From Squalus acanthias (taxonomy: Eukaryota), in the NCBI GenBank assembly GCA_030390025.1, contig CM059432.1:88724001-88788000 (forward strand): DNA of 64,000 nucleotides. Direction: 5' to 3'. The notes beneath the pieces were generated by a model. The model saw nothing but the letters and a program-made list of their open reading frames with translations. It searched no databases and was not told the DNA's origin. Of this stretch, positions 60,655 through 64,000 are shown one piece after another; within the stretch, counting starts at the first letter, position 1; each line of letters starts with the position of its first letter. Made by a program: the position numbers and the translations under genes.

Positions 60655-62759
60655 CAATCTGGCAAAACTTCTGTACAAACTGGAGCGGGTGTCCCATTTC
60701 GTGGTGGTCTGCTGCATGCTTCACAAATTGGCCAGCCCTTGCCATCAGGGATTGTGGGATCACCTCAGGAGGAGGACGAGGAAGAGGAGGAGAAGAAGGA
60801 GGAAAAGGAAGAGAAGCAAGAAGAGAAAGACGAAGAGGACGAGGAGGGAGGGAGAAGGCAGGCAGCCAATCCCACTTCCGGATTGGCTGTCCGTGAACGT
60901 CTCATCAGACTCCAATTCCAATGAATGAAACCCCAGATCCCCGTTGCTCACCACATCCCCATCATACAATCCCACTGTCACGGAAAATCACAGTACCCTC
61001 CTGGGCACAAAGCTGAAATGAGAGACACCACAAAAGATTCCAAACAAAATTAATACATTTATCAAAAATCAATTTACACATATTTACAGTGATGATATGA
61101 ACTAATCACCCTTGTGGAATCCGTTAGTGCCTGTCATTCGGGTGTCCTTTCCTGTCCTAGTGCTCCTACGATGTGCTACCCCAGTGGCTGCAGCATGGCT
61201 GGTGGAAGGCTGCTGAGCTTCCATAGGGAAGACTTCAGATGGCCTTGCAGGACGACCTCGAGCAGCTCTGGCCCTAGAAGGCTCGGCTGTAGACTGCACC
61301 ACCTCGGCATGAACGGTAGTCGTCTGGGCTGGCTGGCTGACAGACAGCGGCAAGGGCAATGCATAGTGGCAGAGCTGGGAACAGGAATGCTGTCCTCTTG
61401 AGAGAGGACAGCAGGGTCCAGCCCCACTGCCACTCGCGCCTGAGCAATCTTAGCAATCTAATGGCGCCTAGATTCCTGGGCTGCTGAGACACCCTGCAAG
61501 CCCCTGTCAAGAGTGGTAAACCCAGCCACGATGGCAGCAGTCTGAGCTTGGGTGGCATCAAGCTGAGAATTCATGAGAATGGTCTGCGTTTGCGCTGCAG
61601 CACTAAAGAGGTGGGTCGCTTCCCCCGTGCTGCAATGGCAACCGTGACATCGCCCATCACATGCACCATCATGTCTGTGTTGACACTGTCTCTTTGGAAG
61701 TCTTCCATCATTTCCAGCCTGGAAATCCTGGGCTCCAAGCTCCTCATAGAGCCCCGTGTAATGTTGGAGGCGGACTCCTCCATGCTCCTTGACATTGCGA
61801 AGAGGCTCCCTGGTAGGCTTGCCATTGCACCTAGCAATTCGGTGTGTACGCCCATCACCCTTCTCCTGAAGGCCACCCCATGAAGGTCATCATCTGAGTC
61901 CTGTGCAGCAGAACTCATGCACAAATTTGCCCTCCAGGGAGCTGGTCCTCGAGCTACCTTTTCCCCCTGGCCTTGCTGCAGCCCACTCGTGACCGGTGCC
62001 TCACCCTGTGCAGATCCCGTTTCTACACTAGCCTCTAAAGTACGCACAGTGCCAGTTTCTGAGCTGAATCTGCGAGTAACAAATGCAGTGATGCTGTGTC
62101 TTCTTCTTCTTCTTCTTCCCCGTCGCTCTCATGCATTGCCTCGGGGAAAGGCTGCTCAGGTGCTTGTTGTTCATTTTCTGAAAGCAGAAAGGCACAAGAG
62201 TCAGGTTATGGTGAGGGAAGAGCGTGGCATCCAGATATCCATGCATACAGCATCAGCAGCTTGTAAGTGAGAAGAAATTATGGGATGAGGGGGAAGTGGG
62301 ATGTGAGAAGAAGGATTAGGAATGAGCATACCGTTGTTGTCCACAAGGGGTTCAACCTCGCCGGTTGCCACGGCCTCTACGATCTGCCGTCCAATTATCT
62401 CCAGCATTCTCTCCTCCAGCTGGCTGAGGTCGTGGATGTCAGCTGCCCCCCCACCTGTCTGCCGCTGCTCTCTCCAGTTATATGTGACCTTGGCCTGCAA
62501 GGGAAAGAGAAGTGTGTGAATGAGTGTGGAGCAATGTGTTTGAGTGATGTGCCTGCCATGGTTGAATAGCTGTCAGTGTGTGCAAGGTGTGAGATGTGCG
62601 TGTGAATGTTGCATCAGTGGTATGGTTGTGAGGGTGAAGTGAAGCTCTGATTGTGAGGTCTGAGTGTTGATGGGTCGAGATTGTTGGTAGGTGAGTGCTG
62701 GCAGTGTGGTGCATTGAGCAGTTTGTGGCAGGCATACTTCAGCTTCTGGTAATTGGTGT
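60655..62759. mobile_element. Harbinger remnant (transposase C-terminus on plus, Myb-like exons 2-3 on minus)
   Basis: ERVSHFVVVCCMLH plus acidic tail plus AVRERLIR. Minus strand AKVTYNWREQRQTGGG...LEERML and ...TNGFHKGD*. Confidence 0.85.
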
Positions 62760-64000
62760 TGTAATGTATCCTTACCTTGACAGCTTCTTCAGGCATGCTA
62801 TCTTTTTCCTCCAATCCGTTCCCAGGTCGTACAAGTACTGTACATGGCATTGATCCTAGCTATCACTTCTTGCCAAGCATGCTGCACCACTATCCTTTGA
62901 GAAGGGTGTCCTGAAGTGTCACCTCATACAGCTGCATGTCCACCTGACGAGCCATCAGCTACTGCGGCACTCTAGCATTTGCCCACAGATTCTGTTTGCT
63001 GCACAACATTTATTTTGCCATCTACTCATACTTGCGAGCTGCTTTTATCCCCATGCAATTTTGGAAAGACTAAAAGATACTGGGGGAGAAATTTGTGTTC
63101 GCCAGCAAAGTGTCACTGGAAACTGGAGTCAACAGCCTGTAAGATTCTAAAAATTGTAATAAAACCGCTGCTACCGTGTGGAGATCGAAATTGCGAACGA
63201 ATTGTGAGATGATAACGGACGGATTCAAAATGGTGGAAATCAGCACGTGTTCTTTGTTTGTGAAGACACAAAATGGTGGAAGTCAGCAGAGGGTCCTTTG
63301 CCTGGTGGTCAGTATGTGTTCTTTGTTTGTGAAGACACAAAATGGTGGAAGTCAGCAGAGGGTCCTTTGCCTGGTGGTCAGTATGTGTTCTTTGTTTGTG
63401 AGGCCACATGGACAAGAAGGAAGAACAAGATTGACAAGGAAGTCCCACCCCCACACATCTCACAGGAACAGGAACGTGTCATGCGGAAGGAACTCTAATC
63501 AGGGAAGGTTTGGAGTGAAACTGACCTATCAGAGGAAGGCAGAGTGTAAGATAACAGAAGTAACCCAGGGGCAGGAGATTCAAGATTCAGAAGGAACACC
63601 GAAGGAACCAAGAGGGATTCAGAAGAAGCCCAGAAGACAGAACAGGAGGAAGAATAAACTGAGAAAGCTGACCAGTCTATGTTTTGACTTGCAATTTCCC
63701 TGGACTGATCACCTAGAGATAAAGGAGTATGTATGAAAGTCGGACATAAGCTTAGATGTTGTTAAAGGAGTACTTTTATGTACATTTGAATTGTTAAGGG
63801 GGTACTTTTATGTACGTTTGAATTAATAAGTTGCAGGCATATTCATTGCCGAGAGTTCTTTGAATTTATTGCCAAAGGGGCTTCTATGCACACTCGAATT
63901 TTGAACTATAGTGTGAATAAAGACCAATTTTATTGATCACATCCTTGTCTGTCATTGTTAAGCTAATTCGTAATTCTCAAGGTCTCAACAGTAGTAAGAG
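62760..64000 (+). mobile_element. Probable LTR running off the window end
   Basis: Harbinger similarity stops near a TGTAATG start. Internal tandem repeats and AATAAA near 63916. The far end is not visible. Confidence 0.5.
63248..63402. repeat. 69-bp tandem repeat, two copies plus partial
   Basis: TGTTCTTTGTTTGTGAAGACACAAAATGGTGGAAGTCAGCAGAGGGTCCTTTGCCTGGTGGTCAGTATG repeated. Confidence 0.92.

Noticed and set aside
63248..63402. CRISPR-like array
   Set aside because: The units are head-to-tail identical with no unique spacers, and the context is eukaryotic.

Overview
Repeat-dense vertebrate non-coding DNA with no host protein-coding exon that I can recognise. The repeat content (CR1 LINEs with TTCTATGA/TTCTATGT tails, Penelope elements, many PIF/Harbinger copies) suggests a cartilaginous fish, which is an inference. 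The standout is a 7.6-kb provirus-like element (4200-11844) inserted into a CR1. It has two ~945-bp LTRs about 2% apart, a tRNA-Arg-like PBS, a CCHC gag and no reverse transcriptase or integrase. The pol slot instead holds an open, gag-in-frame ORF made of a diverged second copy of the Gag coiled-coil plus acidic repeats. The envelope is predicted to be spliced and comprises a signal peptide, an immunoglobulin-like domain, a Thr/Pro linker and a class I fusogen resembling paramyxo/pneumovirus F (Loki-retrovirus-like). The rest of the window contains three TSD-bounded solo LTRs (two copies of a 1.7-kb family that shares 3' motifs with the provirus LTR) and a probable fourth LTR at the right edge. 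It also contains a near-intact two-gene Harbinger transposon, several decayed Harbinger copies and MITEs, a Tigger-like MITE, Penelope elements with hammerhead-like motifs (one forming a 411-bp-arm palindrome), and nested CR1/L2 LINE fragments.
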